The notes under the pieces were generated by a model. The model searched no databases and was not told the origin of the DNA. It saw nothing but the letters and a program-made list of their open reading frames with translations. 15,928 bases of DNA, from the IMG/VR virus record IMGVR_UViG_3300045988_076720, positions 1 through 15,928 of that record. One strand, given 5' to 3'. Origin of the DNA: a virus. Lineage: Duplodnaviria > Heunggongvirae > Uroviricota > Caudoviricetes. Every line of letters begins with the position of its first letter. The first letter of the stretch is position 1. A program made the position numbers and the translations under genes. Shown one piece after another: positions 15,710-15,928 of this stretch.

Positions 15710-15928
15710 ATGTTTCATTGTCCTTTATGCCAGCATGCCGCACATGCGCGTACAAGTCGCTATATCACTGACACGACAAAAGAGCGTTATCACCAGTGCC
15801 AGAACGTGAATTGCAGCGCCACGTTCATCACTTATGAGTCGGTACAGCGATACATCGTGAAGCCGGGAGAAGTCCACGCCGTAAGGCCGCACCCGTTGCC
15901 GTCAGGACAGCAAATTATGTGGATGTAA
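15710..15928 (+). CDS. ogr: late transcription activator Ogr (Cys4 zinc-finger)
   Basis: 72-aa product MFHCPLCQHAAHARTSRYITDTTKERYHQCQNVNCSATF... with C-x2-C...C-x4-C; matches P2 Ogr; GGAAGAGG RBS 9 nt upstream; stop at the window end. The ORF-track start at 15647 is an upstream in-frame ATG without RBS support. Confidence 0.9.
   Translation: MFHCPLCQHAAHARTSRYITDTTKERYHQCQNVNCSATFITYESVQRYIVKPGEVHAVRPHPLPSGQQIMWM

Larger units (their letters stand above)
1..15928 (+). mobile_element. P2-family myophage late region (partial phage/prophage): capsid completion, lysis, baseplate, tail fiber with inversion switch, sheath/tube, tape measure, ogr
   Basis: Uninterrupted + strand array of ORFs whose products and order match P2 (L X Y K lysA lysB lysC R S V W J I H G ... 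FI FII E T U D ogr). Compact, with many overlapping stop/start junctions. Bases 1-12 are probably the 3' end of the upstream gene (M in P2 order), not verifiable here. Confidence 0.9.

Noticed and set aside
1-15928. tRNA, rRNA, CRISPR arrays, IS elements or transposase genes
   Set aside because: No cloverleaf-like conserved tRNA motifs, no direct-repeat/spacer arrays and no transposase-like ORFs were seen; the whole window is accounted for by phage late genes.

Overview
This window is a near-complete late-gene block of a P2-family temperate myophage (prophage or phage genome), with every structural and lysis gene on the + strand in the canonical P2 order: capsid completion L, tail protein X, holin Y, endolysin K, lysA, overlapping spanins lysB/lysC, tail completion R and S, baseplate V-W-J-I, tail fiber H, fiber assembly G, then sheath FI, tube FII, chaperones E/E+E', tape measure T, U, D and the zinc-finger late activator ogr. 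Identifications rest on recognising the translated ORFs as P2 homologues and on gene order; no search could be run. Three things stand out. (1) Between G and FI, where I recall P2 carrying Z/fun, there is a Mu G-segment-like host-range switch: a Gin/Hin/Cin-family serine invertase, two inverted 26-bp crossover sites (one inside H), and a promoterless alternative fiber C-terminus plus alternative assembly gene on the - strand. (2) The tape measure gene T is one continuous reading frame of the P2-like length but is broken by a single in-frame TGA at 12250-12252. (3) The E/E' programmed -1 frameshift site is intact, and a perfect palindrome sits in the FII-E intergenic gap. No tRNA, rRNA, CRISPR array or IS element is evident.
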